The notes under the pieces: generated by a model
The model's database searches: none
Seen by the model: only the letters and a program-made list of their open reading frames with translations
What the model was told of the DNA's origin: nothing
In this document: in pieces, positions 13,040 through 24,588 of the stretch
Layout: each line of letters starts with the position of its first letter
How positions within the stretch are numbered: position 1 is the stretch's first letter
Made by a program: the position numbers and the translations under genes
Assembly (NCBI GenBank): GCA_038233915.1
Contig: JBBSVA010000004.1
Span: 579-64,578 of the forward strand
From: Mycobacteriales bacterium
GTDB lineage: Bacteria > Actinomycetota > Actinomycetes > Mycobacteriales > Geodermatophilaceae
DNA: 64,000 bases
Reading direction: 5' to 3'

Positions 13040-13513
13040 ATGACTTCCCAGCTGGGGACCGACGCACCGGTCGCCCGGGCCACGGCCCGGTTCGTCCGCG
13101 TCACCCCGATGAAGGCCCGGCGGGTGGTGGACATGGTCCGCTACCTGCCCACCGACGAGGCCCTGGCGCTCTTGCGCTTCGCCCCGCAGACCGCCAGTGA
13201 GCCGGTGGCCAAGGTCGTCGCGTCCGCGGTGGCCAACGCCGAGCACAACCTGCAGCTCGACCCGGCCGCGCTGGTCATCAGCGCCGCCTACGTCGACGAG
13301 GGCCCCACGCTCAAGCGGATCCGTCCGCGCGCGCAGGGTCGCGCCTTCCGCATCAACAAGCGAACCGCGCACATCACCGTCGAGGTCAGCGAGGTCGCCT
13401 CCAGCGCCGAGCTCGCCCTGCGGTCCCGCAAGGCCCGCCGTCACACCGGCCAGACCGGTCCGGCCACCCAGACCGGTCAGCCGAACGCCAACTCGAAGGG
13501 AGGGACCCGCTAG
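13040..13513 (+). CDS. rplV: 50S ribosomal protein L22 with a C-terminal extension
   Basis: [23 protein letters not shown]...[14 protein letters not shown] matches L22. 157 aa, with a tail of about 40 aa. Confidence 0.97.
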   Translation: MTSQLGTDAPVARATARFVRVTPMKARRVVDMVRYLPTDEALALLRFAPQTASEPVAKVVASAVANAEHNLQLDPAALVISAAYVDEGPTLKRIRPRAQGRAFRINKRTAHITVEVSEVASSAELALRSRKARRHTGQTGPATQTGQPNANSKGGTR

Positions 13514-14466
13514 TGGGTCAGAAGGTCAACCCGCACGGGTTCCGCCTGGGCATCACCACCGACTACAAGTCCCGGTGGTTCGCCGACAAGCAGTACGCGG
13601 AGTACGTCAAGGAAGATGTGGCCATCCGCAGGCTGATGGGCAAGGGCATGGAGCGCGCCGGCATCTCGAAGGTCGAGATCGAGCGCACCCGTGACCGCGT
13701 CCGCGTCGACATCCACACCGCCCGCCCGGGCATCGTCATCGGTCGCCGTGGCGCCGAGGCCGACCGCATCCGCGGCGAGCTGGAGAAGCTCACCGGCAAG
13801 CAGGTGCAGCTGAACATCCTCGAGGTCAAGAACCCCGAATCCGATGCGCAGCTGGTCGCCCAGGGTGTCGCCGAGCAGCTCTCCAGCCGGGTCAGCTTCC
13901 GCCGCGCGATGCGCAAGGCCATGCAGTCAGCCCAGCGCAGCCCGCAGGTCAAGGGCATCCGGGTGCAGTGCTCCGGTCGCCTCGGCGGCACCGAGATGAG
14001 CCGTTCGGAGTTCTACCGCGAGGGTCGTGTGCCGCTGCACACGCTGCGCGCGAACATCGACTACGGCATCTACGAGGCCCGGACGACCTTCGGTCGCATC
14101 GGCGTGAAGGTGTGGATCTACAAGGGCGACGCGAGCGGCTCCCGGGCCGAGCGCGAGGCCCTGCAGGCCCTCGCACAGCGCCAGGAGCGTCGCGAGCGGG
14201 CCCAGCGTCCGCGCCGGTCGGGCTCGACCGGCACCACCGCCGGTGGCACCGAGGCCGGCCGCGCTGCGGCCGGTACCCCGGGCGCCGAGACCAGTGAGCA
14301 GCCCGTCGAGGACACCACCGCCACCATGGTGGAGCCCACGGTCGAGGCCGCTCCCGCGCAGAGCATCGGCGAGGCCGCCGGTGCCGAGGGCACGGCCACG
14401 GCACAGGCTGCTGGGGCCGAGGCCACTGCGGCCGAGACCGCTGCCCCTGAGAACACGGAAGGCTGA
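13513..14466 (+). CDS. rpsC: 30S ribosomal protein S3 with a long Ala/Glu/Thr-rich C-terminal tail
   Basis: GTG 13513 overlaps the rpl[32 protein letters not shown]... matches S3. 317 aa. Confidence 0.97.
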   Translation: MGQKVNPHGFRLGITTDYKSRWFADKQYAEYVKEDVAIRRLMGKGMERAGISKVEIERTRDRVRVDIHTARPGIVIGRRGAEADRIRGELEKLTGKQVQLNILEVKNPESDAQLVAQGVAEQLSSRVSFRRAMRKAMQSAQRSPQVKGIRVQCSGRLGGTEMSRSEFYREGRVPLHTLRANIDYGIYEARTTFGRIGVKVWIYKGDASGSRAEREALQALAQRQERRERAQRPRRSGSTGTTAGGTEAGRAAAGTPGAETSEQPVEDTTATMVEPTVEAAPAQSIGEAAGAEGTATAQAAGAEATAAETAAPENTEG

Positions 14467-14469
14467 CAG

Positions 14470-14886
14470 ATGCTCATCCCGCGTCGCGTCAAGCACCGCA
14501 AGCAGCACCGTCCCGACCGCACCGGTCGGGCCAAGGGCGGCACAGCGATCAACTTCGGGGAGTACGCGATCCAGGCCCTCGAGTCCGCGTACGTCACGAA
14601 CCGTCAGATCGAGTCCGCTCGTATCGCCATGACCCGCCACATCAAGCGTGGCGGCAAGGTGTGGATCTCGATCTACCCGGACCGTCCGCTCACGAAGAAG
14701 CCCGCCGAGACCCGCATGGGATCGGGTAAGGGCTCGCCCGAGTGGTGGGTCGCCAACGTGAAGCCCGGCCGCGTCATGTTCGAGCTCTCCGGTGTCGAGG
14801 AGCCCATCGCCCGCGAGGCGATGCGCCGCGCCATCCACAAGCTCCCCATGAAGTGCCGCTTCATCACCCGTGAAGGAGAGGTGTGA
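14470..14886 (+). CDS. rplP: 50S ribosomal protein L16
   Basis: [24 protein letters not shown]...[14 protein letters not shown], 138 aa. Confidence 0.99.
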   Translation: MLIPRRVKHRKQHRPDRTGRAKGGTAINFGEYAIQALESAYVTNRQIESARIAMTRHIKRGGKVWISIYPDRPLTKKPAETRMGSGKGSPEWWVANVKPGRVMFELSGVEEPIAREAMRRAIHKLPMKCRFITREGEV

Positions 14887-15119
14887 TGGCTGCCGGCCTC
14901 ACCGCCCCGGAGCTCCGTGAGCTCTCGGTGGACGAGCTCGCCACGCGTCTGCGTGAGTCGAGGGAAGAGCTGTTCAACCTGAGGTTCCAGGTGGCCACCG
15001 GCCAGCTGGACAACAACCGGCGACTGCAGACCGTCCGCCGCGACATCGCTCGGATCTACACGATCATGCGCGAGCGCGAGCTGGGTCTCTCGGTCGCCCC
15101 GAACGAGGGTGTGGCATGA
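14883..15119 (+). CDS. rpmC: 50S ribosomal protein L29
   Basis: Overlaps the rplP stop. ...[33 protein letters not shown] matches L29. The start is GTG 14883 or ATG 14886. Confidence 0.96.
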   Translation: MMAAGLTAPELRELSVDELATRLRESREELFNLRFQVATGQLDNNRRLQTVRRDIARIYTIMRERELGLSVAPNEGVA

Positions 15120-15424
15120 GCGAGACCACCAACGAGACCAACGAGGCAGTCGCCTCGGGTCCCGGCCTGGCCGGTCGTGGCTACCGCAAGGTCCGCGTGG
15201 GCCTCGTCGTCAGCGACAAGATGGACAAGACCATCGTCGTCGAGGTCGAGGACCGCGTGAAGCACGCGCTGTACGGCAAGGTCCTGCGCCGCACGAACAA
15301 GCTCAAGGCGCACGACGAGGCCAACACGGCCGGCATCGGCGACCGCGTCGAGATCATGGAGACGCGGCCCACCTCGGCCACCAAGCGCTGGCGCCTGGTG
15401 TCCGTGGTCGAGAAGGCCAAGTAA
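15116..15424 (+). CDS. rpsQ: 30S ribosomal protein S17
   Basis: ATGA overlap with rpmC. ...[33 protein letters not shown]... matches S17. Confidence 0.97.
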   Translation: MSETTNETNEAVASGPGLAGRGYRKVRVGLVVSDKMDKTIVVEVEDRVKHALYGKVLRRTNKLKAHDEANTAGIGDRVEIMETRPTSATKRWRLVSVVEKAK

Positions 15425-15440
15425 GCCAGAGTCCGGTGTG

Positions 15441-15471
15441 ACCACTGCCCCCGTGACAACGGGGGAGTGGT
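15441..15471 (+). terminator. Hairpin at the S10/spc operon boundary
   Basis: ACCACTgCCCCCG-tgacaa-CGGGGGAGTGGT (12 bp with one bulge), 17 nt after the rpsQ stop. A second perfect 9-bp hairpin GCCGGCGGC-gaga-GCCGCCGGC lies near 15526-15547. Confidence 0.5.
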
Positions 15472-15628
15472 TGCGCGTACCCTGGACCACTGGCGCGCCC
15501 GAGGGTGCACCACATCCGGGACCTGACGGCCGGCGGCGAGAGCCGCCGGCTGTCGCACGTGAGTCCCGACCGCCGCTTCACCACCAGGACCCGGCGGTCA
15601 CCGCGCACAGAGATTCAGGAGCAGAGCT

Positions 15629-15997
15629 GTGATCCAGCAGGAGTCGCGACTCCGCGTCGCCGACAACACCGGAGCCAAGGAAATCTTGTGCATCCGTGTT
15701 CTCGGTGGCTCGGGTAGGCGCTACGCGGGCATCGGCGATGTCATCGTCGGCACCGTGAAGGACGCCCTCCCGGGGGCGGGCGTCAAGAAGGGCGACGTCG
15801 TCAAGGCCGTCATCGTCCGGACCGTGAAGGAGCGCCGTCGTCCCGACGGTTCCTACATCCGGTTCGACGAGAACGCGGCCGTCATCATCCGCGACAGCGG
15901 AGACCCGCGTGGGACCCGGATCTTCGGGCCCGTGGGCCGCGAGCTGCGCGACAAGCGCTTCATGCGGATCATCTCGCTCGCCCCGGAGGTGTTGTGA
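15629..15997 (+). CDS. rplN: 50S ribosomal protein L14
   Basis: GTG start. [28 protein letters not shown]..., 122 aa. Confidence 0.99.
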   Translation: MIQQESRLRVADNTGAKEILCIRVLGGSGRRYAGIGDVIVGTVKDALPGAGVKKGDVVKAVIVRTVKERRRPDGSYIRFDENAAVIIRDSGDPRGTRIFGPVGRELRDKRFMRIISLAPEVL

Positions 15998-16335
15998 CCA
16001 TGGCTGAGAAGACCCCGTCTCTCAAGGTGAAGAAGGGCGACCAGGTCGTCGTCCTGTCCGGCAAGGACAAGGGGGCGAAGGGCCGCGTCATCGCTGCCTT
16101 CCCCAAGACCGGCAAGGTGCTCGTCGAGGGCATCGGCCGCATCAAGAAGCACACCCGCGTCAGCACCAGCCAGCGCGGCGCCCAGTCGGGTGGGATCGTG
16201 ACCCAGGAGGCCGCCATCCACGTGAGCAACGTGATGGTCGTCGACTCCGAGGGCACGCCGACCCGCATCGGCTACCGCAAGGATGAGGACGGACGCAACA
16301 TCCGGGTCTCGAAGCGAACCGGCAAGGACCTCTGA
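15994..16335 (+). CDS. rplX: 50S ribosomal protein L24
   Basis: [24 protein letters not shown] matches L24. The start is GTG 15994 (overlapping the rplN TGA) or ATG 16000. GGAGG at 15985-15989. Confidence 0.95.
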   Translation: MTMAEKTPSLKVKKGDQVVVLSGKDKGAKGRVIAAFPKTGKVLVEGIGRIKKHTRVSTSQRGAQSGGIVTQEAAIHVSNVMVVDSEGTPTRIGYRKDEDGRNIRVSKRTGKDL

Positions 16336-16340
16336 TCATC

Positions 16341-16925
16341 ATGAGCGCACCCACCCGTGAGCTGCCCCGACTGCTCGCCCACTACCGCGCGGACATCGCG
16401 CCGGCACTGATGAGCGAGTTCGGCTACAGCAACGTCATGCAGATCCCCGGCCTGACGAAGATCGTCGTCAACATGGGCGTCGGCGAGGCCACCCGCGACG
16501 CGAAGCTGATGGACGGCGCGGTCCGCGACCTCACCGCGATCACCGGCCAGAAGCCGGCCGTCGTCCGGGCCCGCAAGTCCATCGCTCAGTTCAAGCTCCG
16601 CGAGGGCATGCCGATCGGCGCCAAGGTCACCCTGCGCGGGGACCGCATGTGGGAGTTCCTGGACCGGCTGCTCAGCCTGGCCCTGCCCCGCATCCGGGAC
16701 TTCCGCGGTCTGTCCTCGACCCAGTTCGACGGACACGGCAACTACACGTTCGGCCTGACCGAGCAGTCGATGTTCCGCGAGATCGACGTCGACCGGATCG
16801 ACCGCCCGCGTGGCATGGACATCACGCTGGTCACCACCGCCACGAACGACGAGGAGGGTCGCGAGCTGCTCAGCCTCCTGGGCTTCCCCTTCGCCGGCCG
16901 GCCCGTCGTGCAGACGACCCGCTGA
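16341..16925 (+). CDS. rplE: 50S ribosomal protein L5
   Basis: ...[20 protein letters not shown]...[11 protein letters not shown] matches L5. 194 aa. Confidence 0.98.
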   Translation: MSAPTRELPRLLAHYRADIAPALMSEFGYSNVMQIPGLTKIVVNMGVGEATRDAKLMDGAVRDLTAITGQKPAVVRARKSIAQFKLREGMPIGAKVTLRGDRMWEFLDRLLSLALPRIRDFRGLSSTQFDGHGNYTFGLTEQSMFREIDVDRIDRPRGMDITLVTTATNDEEGRELLSLLGFPFAGRPVVQTTR

Positions 16926-16944
16926 CCCGGGACGAGGAGACACC

Positions 16945-17130
16945 ATGGCCAAGAAGGCGCTCGTCAACAAGGCGGCTCGTACGCCCAAGTTCAAGGTGCG
17001 GGGTTACACCCGCTGCCAGCGCTGCGGTCGCCCGCACGCGGTCTACCGCAAGTTCGGCCTGTGCCGGATCTGCGTCCGGGAGATGGCGCACGCGGGCGAG
17101 CTGCCCGGCGTGACCAAGTCCAGCTGGTGA
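16945..17130 (+). CDS. rpsN: 30S ribosomal protein S14, type Z (zinc-binding)
   Basis: ATG 16945 inside ORF 16810..17130. [43 protein letters not shown], 61 aa with two CxxC pairs. Confidence 0.97.
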   Translation: MAKKALVNKAARTPKFKVRGYTRCQRCGRPHAVYRKFGLCRICVREMAHAGELPGVTKSSW

Positions 17131-17175
17131 GTGGTCCCGGCTGCTCCGGCAGCCGGGCCGTCCAGCACGTCTCCA
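17131..17175 (+). repeat. Short-loop member of the stop-codon-anchored hairpin family (after rpsN)
   Basis: TGA-GTGGTC-CCCGGCTGC-tccg-GCAGCCGGG-CCGTCCAGCACGTCTCC. Arms and flanks match the glmS copy at 38826, but the 34-nt core is absent. Confidence 0.6.
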
Positions 17176-17253
17176 TCCACAGCACCACTGATCGCCGAGA
17201 GGCCCGCGCACGATGAGCGTGCGGAACCGCGGCGAGAGAGGCACGACCGACAC

Positions 17254-17664
17254 ATGACGATGACCGACCCGATCGCGGACATGCTCACGCGCATCCGTAA
17301 CGCCAACTCGGCGTACCACGACGCAGCGGCCATGCCTTCGTCGAAGTTGAAGACCAAGGTTGCGGAGATCCTCCAGCAGGAGGGTTACATCGCCGGCTGG
17401 AAGGTCGACGACGTCGAGAAGGACGGCCAGACCCGCAAGGTCCTGGTGGTCGACCTGAAGTACGGCCCGAACCGTGAGCGCAGCATCGCCGGTGTCCGGC
17501 GGGTGTCGAAGCCCGGTCTGCGGGTCTACGCGAAGTCCACGGCTCTGCCCAAGGTCCTCGGCGGCCTCGGGGTGGCGATCATCTCCACCTCGACCGGTCT
17601 GCTGACCGACAAGCAGGCGAACAAGAAGGGCGTGGGTGGGGAAGTCCTCGCCTACGTCTGGTAA
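17254..17664 (+). CDS. rpsH: 30S ribosomal protein S8
   Basis: ATG 17254 inside ORF 17131..17664. [23 protein letters not shown]... matches S8. Confidence 0.97.
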   Translation: MTMTDPIADMLTRIRNANSAYHDAAAMPSSKLKTKVAEILQQEGYIAGWKVDDVEKDGQTRKVLVVDLKYGPNRERSIAGVRRVSKPGLRVYAKSTALPKVLGGLGVAIISTSTGLLTDKQANKKGVGGEVLAYVW

Positions 17665-17676
17665 GGGGAGCTCGAC

Positions 17677-18216
17677 ATGTCACGGATCGGACGACTCCCG
17701 GTCGCGGTGCCCGGTGGAGTGGACGTCGCCATCGACGGCCGCACCGTCAACGTGAAGGGCCCCAAGGGCGCCCTCACCCACACCGTCGCCCAGCCCATCT
17801 TCGTCGAGAAGGGCGAGGACGGTGCGCTGCTCGTCCAGCGCCCGGACGACGAGCGTGAGAGCCGTGCGCTGCACGGTCTGTCGCGCACCCTGATCGCCAA
17901 CATGATCACCGGCGTCACCGATGGGTATTCCAAGACCCTCGAGATCGTCGGCGTCGGCTACCGCGTGCAGGCCCGTGGCTCGGACCTGGAATTCGCGCTC
18001 GGCTTCAGCCACCCGGTGCTCATCAAGGCCCCCGAGGGGATCACCTTCACCGTCGAGGCCCCGACCCGCTTCCGGGTCGCCGGCATCGACAAGCAGCAGG
18101 TCGGCGAGGTCTCGGCCAAGATCCGCAAGCTCCGCAAGCCCGACCCGTACAAGGGCAAGGGCGTGCGGTACCAGGGCGAGGTCATCAAGCGCAAGGTCGG
18201 GAAGACGGGCAAGTGA
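17677..18216 (+). CDS. rplF: 50S ribosomal protein L6
   Basis: [33 protein letters not shown]..., 179 aa. Confidence 0.99.
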   Translation: MSRIGRLPVAVPGGVDVAIDGRTVNVKGPKGALTHTVAQPIFVEKGEDGALLVQRPDDERESRALHGLSRTLIANMITGVTDGYSKTLEIVGVGYRVQARGSDLEFALGFSHPVLIKAPEGITFTVEAPTRFRVAGIDKQQVGEVSAKIRKLRKPDPYKGKGVRYQGEVIKRKVGKTGK

Positions 18217-18632
18217 TGGCACAGACACAGACCAACGAGAAGACGTCCCGGGTGCACAAGCCCGTGGGCACCGATGCCAGCACCGCGCGTCGCACCTCGC
18301 GACTGCGTCGGCACAACCGGCTCCGCAAGCGGGTGTCCGGCACGCCCGAGCGCCCCCGCATGGTGGTCAAGCGCAGCTCGCGCCATGTCCACGTGCAGGT
18401 CGTCGACGACACCCAGGGCATCACCCTGGTGCACGCCTCGACGATGGACTCGAGCCTCAAGGGCACGGCGGGCGACAAGTCCGCCCTCGCCCGGCAGGTC
18501 GGGGCCCTCGTGGCCGACCGGGCGAAGGCCGCCGGCATCACCGCCGTCGTCTTCGACCGCGGTGGCAACCGCTACAGCGGACGGCTGGCGGCGCTCGCCG
18601 ACGGCGCCCGCGAGGCGGGGCTGGACTTCTGA
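18213..18632 (+). CDS. rplR: 50S ribosomal protein L18
   Basis: Overlaps the rplF stop. ...[35 protein letters not shown]...[25 protein letters not shown] matches L18. Confidence 0.97.
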   Translation: MMAQTQTNEKTSRVHKPVGTDASTARRTSRLRRHNRLRKRVSGTPERPRMVVKRSSRHVHVQVVDDTQGITLVHASTMDSSLKGTAGDKSALARQVGALVADRAKAAGITAVVFDRGGNRYSGRLAALADGAREAGLDF

Positions 18633-18663
18633 TGATGACCACGAAGATCGAGAGGGACGTCTG

Positions 18664-19326
18664 ATGCCAGGACCACAGCGACGCGGCGGTGGCGCCGGCG
18701 GTGCCGGTGGCACCGGCGGCGGACAGGGCGGACCGGGCGGCCAGGGTGGCGGCAACGACCGTCGCGACCGTCGGGACGGCGGCGGTCGTGGACCGGGCGG
18801 ACCGGCCGAGAAGAGCCAGTTCATGGAGCGGGTCGTGGCCATCAACCGCGTCTCGAAGGTCGTCAAGGGCGGTCGGCGCTTCAGCTTCACCGCGCTGGTG
18901 ATCGTCGGCGATGGTGACGGCACCGTGGGTGTCGGCTACGGCAAGGCCAAGGAGGTGCCCGCGGCGATCGCCAAGGGCGTCGAGGAGGCCAAGAAGCACT
19001 TCTACCGGGTGCCCCGCATCGCCAGCACCATCCCGCACCCCGTGCAGGGTGAGGCGGCGGCTGGTGTCGTGCTGCTCAAGCCGGCCAGCCCGGGTACCGG
19101 CGTCATCGCCGGTGGTCCGGTCCGCGCCGTGCTCGAGTGCGCCGGGATCCACGACGTGCTCTCCAAGAGCTTGGGTTCCTCGAACCCGATCAACCTCGTG
19201 CACGCCACGATGCAGGCCCTGAAGGACCTTGTCCGTCCCGAGGAGATCGCGGCCCGCCGCGGTCTGCCCCTCGAGCACGTCGCGCCGGCCGCCATGCTGC
19301 GGGCGCGTGCGGGACAGGGGGTCTGA
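18664..19326 (+). CDS. rpsE: 30S ribosomal protein S5 with a Gly/Arg-rich N-terminal extension
   Basis: ATG 18664 inside ORF 18274..19326. ...[44 protein letters not shown] matches S5. Confidence 0.97.
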   Translation: MPGPQRRGGGAGGAGGTGGGQGGPGGQGGGNDRRDRRDGGGRGPGGPAEKSQFMERVVAINRVSKVVKGGRRFSFTALVIVGDGDGTVGVGYGKAKEVPAAIAKGVEEAKKHFYRVPRIASTIPHPVQGEAAAGVVLLKPASPGTGVIAGGPVRAVLECAGIHDVLSKSLGSSNPINLVHATMQALKDLVRPEEIAARRGLPLEHVAPAAMLRARAGQGV

Positions 19327-19327
19327 G

Positions 19328-19510
19328 GTGAGCCAGATCAAGGTCACCCAGGTCAAGTCGGGGATCGGGACCAAGCCCAACCAGCGCCAGACGCTGCGTT
19401 CGCTGGGTCTCAAGCGCATCAACGACTCGGTCGTGCAGGAGGACCGTCCCGAGATCCGCGGGATGGTCGCGACGGTGCCGCACCTGGTCACCGTCGAAGA
19501 GATCAGCTGA
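19328..19510 (+). CDS. rpmD: 50S ribosomal protein L30
   Basis: GTG 19328, 2 nt after the rpsE stop. [32 protein letters not shown]..., 60 aa. Confidence 0.95.
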   Translation: MSQIKVTQVKSGIGTKPNQRQTLRSLGLKRINDSVVQEDRPEIRGMVATVPHLVTVEEIS

Positions 19511-19523
19511 GCAGGGGAAGACG

Positions 19524-19970
19524 ATGACTCTGAAGGTCCACCACCTGCGTCCGGCCCCGGGCGCCCACACCAAGAAGACCCGCGTGGGTCGCGGTGAGGG
19601 CGGCCACAAGGGCAAGACCGCCGGTCGCGGCACCAAGGGCTCGGGCGCTCGTGTCCAGGTCTCCGCCCGCTTCGAGGGTGGTCAGACGCCGCTGTTCATG
19701 CGTCTGCCCAAGCTCTCGGGCTTCACCCCGCGGAACAAGGTCGTCTTCCAGGTCGTGAACCTGGACAAGATCGCCTCACTGTTCCCGGATGGCGGAGCAG
19801 TCAACCCGGACACACTCGTCGAGGTCGGCGCCGTCCGGCGGGGCCAGCCCGTCAAGGTCCTGGGGACCGGTGAGCTCGGCAGCGTCCAGGTCCAGGTCCA
19901 CGCGCACGCCTTCTCCGCCTCTGCGGCTGAGAAGATCGCGTCGGCCGGGGGCAGCACTACCCAGATCTGA
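19524..19970 (+). CDS. rplO: 50S ribosomal protein L15
   Basis: [39 protein letters not shown]..., 148 aa. Confidence 0.98.
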   Translation: MTLKVHHLRPAPGAHTKKTRVGRGEGGHKGKTAGRGTKGSGARVQVSARFEGGQTPLFMRLPKLSGFTPRNKVVFQVVNLDKIASLFPDGGAVNPDTLVEVGAVRRGQPVKVLGTGELGSVQVQVHAHAFSASAAEKIASAGGSTTQI

Positions 19971-19979
19971 CCGCCGATG

Positions 19980-20009
19980 ACCCCCGGGGTGCACCTGCGC
20001 CCCGGGGGT
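19980..20009 (+). terminator. 10-bp hairpin between rplO and secY
   Basis: ACCCCCGGGG-tgcacctgcg-CCCCGGGGGT followed by TTGTCTG. Possible partial terminator or processing site inside the spc operon. Confidence 0.4.
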
Positions 20010-20157
20010 TGTCTGCTGCCCGGACCCGCCTCCGGCGGGGTCCGGCACCACCCGGGACGTCATCAGCGACGTCGCGGCACCGTCCCTCCCGGGACGGGTC
20101 GCCGTCGTGCCGCCCCGGGTCGTTGCTAACCTCGCACGACCGACTCGGGGAGGGCAC

Positions 20158-21468
20158 GTGCTGCAGGCGTTCGCCGCGGCGTTCCGGACGCCAGACCTCC
20201 GGCGCAAGCTGTTGTTCTCCCTGGCGATCATCGCCGTGTACCGGTTGGGCGCCAGCGTCCCCGGGCCCGGCGTGTCGATCGAGGCGATCAACAGCTGTCT
20301 CGACCAGGCCCAGGCCTCCGACCAGCGGGACCTCTACTCGTTGGTCAACCTGTTCTCCGGCGGGGCGTTGCTCCGACTTTCGATCTTCGCGCTCGGGATC
20401 ATGCCCTACATCACGGCGAGCATCATCGTGCAGCTGCTGGTCGTGGTCATCCCGCGATTCGAGCAGCTGAAGAAGGAAGGGCAGTCGGGTCAGGCCAAAC
20501 TGACCCAGTACACCCGCTACCTGACCATCGCCCTCGCGGTCCTGCAGAGCACCGGGATCATCGCGCTGGCCCGCAGTGGCCAGCTCTTCCCGAACTGCGC
20601 CCAGGACCTCATCCCCTCGGACTCGATCTGGACCACCGTCGTCCTGGTCATCGCCCTGACCGCCGGCACCGCCGTGATCATGTGGCTGGGCGAGCTGTTG
20701 ACCGAGAAGGGGATCGGCAACGGCATGTCCGTGCTGATCTTCACCTCGATCGCCGCGCGCATCCCGGCCGAGGGCGGTTCGATCCTGCAGGCCCGCGGTG
20801 GCCTGATCTTCGGCCTCGTCTGCGTCCTGGCCCTGGTCGTCATCACCTCGGTCGTCTACGTCGAGCAGGCCCAGCGCCGTATCCCGGTGCAGTACGCCAA
20901 GCGCATGGTCGGCCGTCGGATGTACGGCGGCACATCCACCTACCTGCCGCTGAAGGTGAACCAGGCCGGTGTGATCCCGGTCATCTTCGCCTCGTCGCTG
21001 CTGTACCTGCCGCAGCTGATCAGCCAGCTGCAGGGCGACTCCACCGGCTCGGTGCGACGGTTCTTCGAGAACTACGTCATCAACCAGTCCAGCCCGGTGC
21101 ACATCGCCATCTACTTCGGCCTGATCATCTTCTTCACGTACTTCTACGTGTCGATCACGTTCAACCCGGAGGAGCGGGCCGAGGACATGAAGCGCTACGG
21201 CGGCTTCATCCCCGGCATCCGGCCCGGTCGGCCCACCGCCGAGTACCTCCAGTACGTGCTCTCCCGGATCACCCTGCCGGGGTCGATCTACCTGGGCCTG
21301 GTGGCAGTGCTGCCCAACCTGTTCCTCTCGGTCACCCAAGAGGGGCAGAACCAGAACGTCCCGTTCGGCGGGACCGCGGTGCTGATCATGGTGGGAGTGG
21401 GCTTGGAGACGGTGAAGCAGATCGAGACGCAGCTCAACCAGCGCAACTACGAAGGGTTCCTGAAGTAG
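20158..21468 (+). CDS. secY: Preprotein translocase subunit SecY
   Basis: GTG 20158 after GGGGAGGG, inside ORF 20107..21468. [31 protein letters not shown]...[15 protein letters not shown] matches SecY. Confidence 0.96.
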   Translation: MLQAFAAAFRTPDLRRKLLFSLAIIAVYRLGASVPGPGVSIEAINSCLDQAQASDQRDLYSLVNLFSGGALLRLSIFALGIMPYITASIIVQLLVVVIPRFEQLKKEGQSGQAKLTQYTRYLTIALAVLQSTGIIALARSGQLFPNCAQDLIPSDSIWTTVVLVIALTAGTAVIMWLGELLTEKGIGNGMSVLIFTSIAARIPAEGGSILQARGGLIFGLVCVLALVVITSVVYVEQAQRRIPVQYAKRMVGRRMYGGTSTYLPLKVNQAGVIPVIFASSLLYLPQLISQLQGDSTGSVRRFFENYVINQSSPVHIAIYFGLIIFFTYFYVSITFNPEERAEDMKRYGGFIPGIRPGRPTAEYLQYVLSRITLPGSIYLGLVAVLPNLFLSVTQEGQNQNVPFGGTAVLIMVGVGLETVKQIETQLNQRNYEGFLK

Positions 21469-22094
21469 TGCGCGTCGTCCTGCTGGGGCCGCCCGGAGCG
21501 GGCAAGGGGACCCAGGCGCAGATCATCGCCGCGGAGCTCGGAGTGCCCGCGATCTCCACGGGTGACATCTTCCGGGCGAACGTGTCCGGGAAGACCGAGC
21601 TCGGCCAGAAGGCCAAGGCCTACATGGACGCCGGAGACCTCGTCCCCGACGAGCTCACCGTGGCCATGGTCAGCGACCGTCTCGGCGAGCCCGACGCCGA
21701 GGCCGGATTCCTGCTCGACGGCTTCCCGCGGACCATCGCCCAGGCCGAGCAGCTCCGGGACTCCCTCATCGAGCTGGGGCAGCGGCTGGACTGCGTGCTC
21801 GAGCTTGTGGTGGACGAGGAGGAGCTGGTCCGCCGGCTCTCCGGCCGGGTGGTCGTGGTGGACGGCAAGCCCGTGCAGCGCGGCGACGACAAGCCCGAGA
21901 CCGTCCGGCACCGGCTGGACGTGTACCGCGCGCAGACCGCACCCCTGTCGGGTTGGTACCGCCAGGAGGGGTTGCTGGCGCCGATCGACGCCATCGGCGA
22001 GATCGACGAGGTGACCGGCCGGGCGCTGGAGGCGCTGGGCCGGGCGGGGGACGGGACCGACGACGGGACGGCCGGGCAGACTGCAGCGCGATGA
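21468..22094 (+). CDS. adk: Adenylate kinase
   Basis: GTG 21468 overlaps the sec[22 protein letters not shown]...LLDGFPRT matches adenylate kinase. Confidence 0.97.
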   Translation: MRVVLLGPPGAGKGTQAQIIAAELGVPAISTGDIFRANVSGKTELGQKAKAYMDAGDLVPDELTVAMVSDRLGEPDAEAGFLLDGFPRTIAQAEQLRDSLIELGQRLDCVLELVVDEEELVRRLSGRVVVVDGKPVQRGDDKPETVRHRLDVYRAQTAPLSGWYRQEGLLAPIDAIGEIDEVTGRALEALGRAGDGTDDGTAGQTAAR

Positions 22095-22161
22095 CCGGCG
22101 GACGCGCGTGAGCGCCGACCTGCTGTCCCGCCTGCCGCTGCTGGCGAAGTGGAGTGGACGC

Positions 22162-22965
22162 ATGATCCAGATCAAGACAGCGCACGAGATCGAGCTGATG
22201 CGGGCCGCGGGCCTCGTCGTGGCCGGGGCGCTGGCCGCCGTGCGGGCCGAGGTGAAGCCGGGTGTCACGACCGGTGAGCTCGACGCCATCGCCGAGGACC
22301 ACATCCGCAGTGCCGGCGCGGTGCCCTCGTTCCTGGGGTACCACGGGTTCACCGGCTGCATCTGTGCCTCGATCAACGCCGAGATCGTGCACGGCATCCC
22401 GGCGGCGAACCGGGCGCTGGCCGAGGGCGACAACATCTCCATCGACTGCGGGGCGATCCTGCAGGGCTGGCACGGCGACTCGGCGATCACCGTCACGGTG
22501 GGGGAGCCCTCTGCAGTAGACGCCGGCCTGCTGGCGGTGACCGAGAAGTCCATGTGGGCGGGGCTGGCCAAGGCGATCGTCGGTGGCCGGCTCACCGACA
22601 TCAGCCACGCGGTGGAGGAGTCCATCACCGCGCACGAGCACCCCTACGGGATCGTCGACCACTACGGCGGGCACGGCATCGGGACCGAGATGCACCAGGA
22701 CCCGCACGTGCTCAACTACGGCCGGTCGGGCCGCGGCCCCAAGCTGGTGCCCGGTCTCGCTCTGGCCATCGAGCCGATGGTCACGGTGGGGGACCCGGCC
22801 ACGGTGGAGCTCGAGGACGGGTGGACCGTCGTCACCAAGGACTCCTCCCGCGCCGCGCACTTCGAGCACACCGTCGCCATCACGCCCGAGGGCCCGTGGG
22901 TCCTGACGGCTGAGGACGGCGGCGTCGCCGGCCTCGCGCCGTTCGGGGTCACCGCCCGCACCTGA
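22162..22965 (+). CDS. map: Type I methionine aminopeptidase
   Basis: [17 protein letters not shown]...[13 protein letters not shown]...EHTVAIT matches Map. ATG 22162 is preferred; a longer alternative starts at GTG 22108. Confidence 0.93.
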   Translation: MIQIKTAHEIELMRAAGLVVAGALAAVRAEVKPGVTTGELDAIAEDHIRSAGAVPSFLGYHGFTGCICASINAEIVHGIPAANRALAEGDNISIDCGAILQGWHGDSAITVTVGEPSAVDAGLLAVTEKSMWAGLAKAIVGGRLTDISHAVEESITAHEHPYGIVDHYGGHGIGTEMHQDPHVLNYGRSGRGPKLVPGLALAIEPMVTVGDPATVELEDGWTVVTKDSSRAAHFEHTVAITPEGPWVLTAEDGGVAGLAPFGVTART

Positions 22966-23050
22966 GCAGCCTCGCCCCGCGGGGGACGACGGCCCCGTCG
23001 CGCCTTCCCATCCGGAGCTGGCGATGGGTCTCGCGTCACCGGCCCCGGGG

Positions 23051-23079
23051 TTGGTGGGACCCGAGTGGCGGGGTACAGT
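23051..23079 (+). promoter_or_regulatory. Predicted promoter of the infA/alpha operon
   Basis: TTGGTG (23051), 17-nt spacer, TACAGT (23074), about 175 nt upstream of infA. Sequence match only. Confidence 0.4.
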
Positions 23080-23253
23080 GGCCGCTGGCGTTAGCGCCGT
23101 CCGTCGTCGTGCTGTGGCCGCACACCGACGGGCGCCCTCTGCGAGACCGCCCGCACCAGACACCCAGCACCACCCACCCGCGCCTCCGGCGTGGGTGGAC
23201 GCGAGCCAGTGCACCAGCGCTGCAGCACACCAGATCGGGAGGCCGTGTAGGGA

Positions 23254-23475
23254 ATGGCGAAGAAGGACGGGGCCATCGAGGTCGAGGGTCGAGTCGTCGA
23301 GCCGCTCCCCAATGCGATGTTCCGAGTGGAACTGCAGAACGGGCACCGCGTGCTCGCACACATCAGCGGCAAGATGCGCCAGCACTACATCCGCATCCTG
23401 CCCGAGGACCGCGTCGTCGTGGAGCTGTCGCCCTACGACCTCACGCGCGGTCGCATCGTCTACCGCTACAAGTGA
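23254..23475 (+). CDS. infA: Translation initiation factor IF-1
   Basis: [73 protein letters not shown], 73 aa. Confidence 0.99.
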   Translation: MAKKDGAIEVEGRVVEPLPNAMFRVELQNGHRVLAHISGKMRQHYIRILPEDRVVVELSPYDLTRGRIVYRYK

Positions 23476-23542
23476 CCTCCGCGGTCTGCCCCGGGAGGGC
23501 GGGCCCGCGACCCACGAACTACCAGGAAATGAGGGCGGCCCG

Positions 23543-23656
23543 GTGAAGGTCCAGCCGTCGGTCAAGAAGATCTGCGACAAGTGCAAGGTGATCCGCCGGC
23601 ACGGCCGGGTCATGGTCATCTGCGACAACGCCCGGCACAAGCAGCGCCAGGGCTGA
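23543..23656 (+). CDS. rpmJ: 50S ribosomal protein L36
   Basis: GTG 23543 inside ORF 23024..23656. [37 protein letters not shown], 37 aa. Confidence 0.96.
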   Translation: MKVQPSVKKICDKCKVIRRHGRVMVICDNARHKQRQG

Positions 23657-23669
23657 GGGAGTACAGGAC

Positions 23670-24044
23670 ATGGCACGACTGGCTGGAGTCGATCTCCCCC
23701 GCGAGAAGCGCATGGAGATCGCGCTCACCTACATCTACGGCATCGGCCGGACCTCCTCGAAGGCCACCTTGGCGGCCACGGGCGTGAGCCCGGACCTGCG
23801 CGCCAAGGACCTCTCGGACGAGGACCTGCTCAAGCTCCGCGACTACATCGACGAGCACTTCCGCGTCGAGGGTGACCTCCGCCGCGAGGTGGCCGCCGAC
23901 ATCCGCCGCAAGGTGGAGATCGGCTGCTACCAGGGCTTACGTCACCGCCGCGGTCTGCCTGTCCGAGGACAGCGCACCAAGACCAACGCGCGTTCCTCCA
24001 AGGGCCCGCGCAAGACCATCGCCGGCAAGAAGAAGGCCCGCTGA
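23670..24044 (+). CDS. rpsM: 30S ribosomal protein S13
   Basis: [30 protein letters not shown]..., 124 aa. Confidence 0.99.
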   Translation: MARLAGVDLPREKRMEIALTYIYGIGRTSSKATLAATGVSPDLRAKDLSDEDLLKLRDYIDEHFRVEGDLRREVAADIRRKVEIGCYQGLRHRRGLPVRGQRTKTNARSSKGPRKTIAGKKKAR

Positions 24045-24142
24045 GGGCCTAGGCGCCTCGGCCCGGTCGTCGTGCCCCCGCAGAGGGGGCGACCGGGCGC
24101 ACGACCCCCGCTCCACCCAGGCCACGATGAGAGAAGAGAGTC

Positions 24143-24547
24143 ATGCCTCCCAGGGCACGCGCGGCTGGCGCCAAGAAGGTGCGCCGCAAGGAGAAGAAGA
24201 ACATCGCGCACGGTGCGGCGCACATCAAGAGCACCTTCAACAACACGATCGTGTCGATCACGGACCCCACCGGGAACGTCATCAGCTGGGCCTCGGCCGG
24301 CCACGTCGGGTTCAAGGGCTCCCGCAAGTCCACGCCGTTCGCGGCGCAGATGGCTGCCGAGAACGCCGCGCGCAAGGCGCAGGAGCACGGCATGCGGAAG
24401 GTCGACGTCTTCGTGAAGGGTCCCGGCTCCGGCCGCGAGACCGCCATCCGCTCCCTGCAGGCCACCGGCCTGGAGGTCGGGCAGATCTCCGACGTCACCC
24501 CCCAGCCGCACAACGGCTGCCGCCCCAAGAAGCGTCGCCGGGTCTGA
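24143..24547 (+). CDS. rpsK: 30S ribosomal protein S11
   Basis: ...[46 protein letters not shown] matches S11. 134 aa. Confidence 0.99.
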   Translation: MPPRARAAGAKKVRRKEKKNIAHGAAHIKSTFNNTIVSITDPTGNVISWASAGHVGFKGSRKSTPFAAQMAAENAARKAQEHGMRKVDVFVKGPGSGRETAIRSLQATGLEVGQISDVTPQPHNGCRPKKRRRV

Positions 24548-24588
24548 CCCGCCGCTCCTGACTCTTAGAAAACCAGGGAGAGACCACT

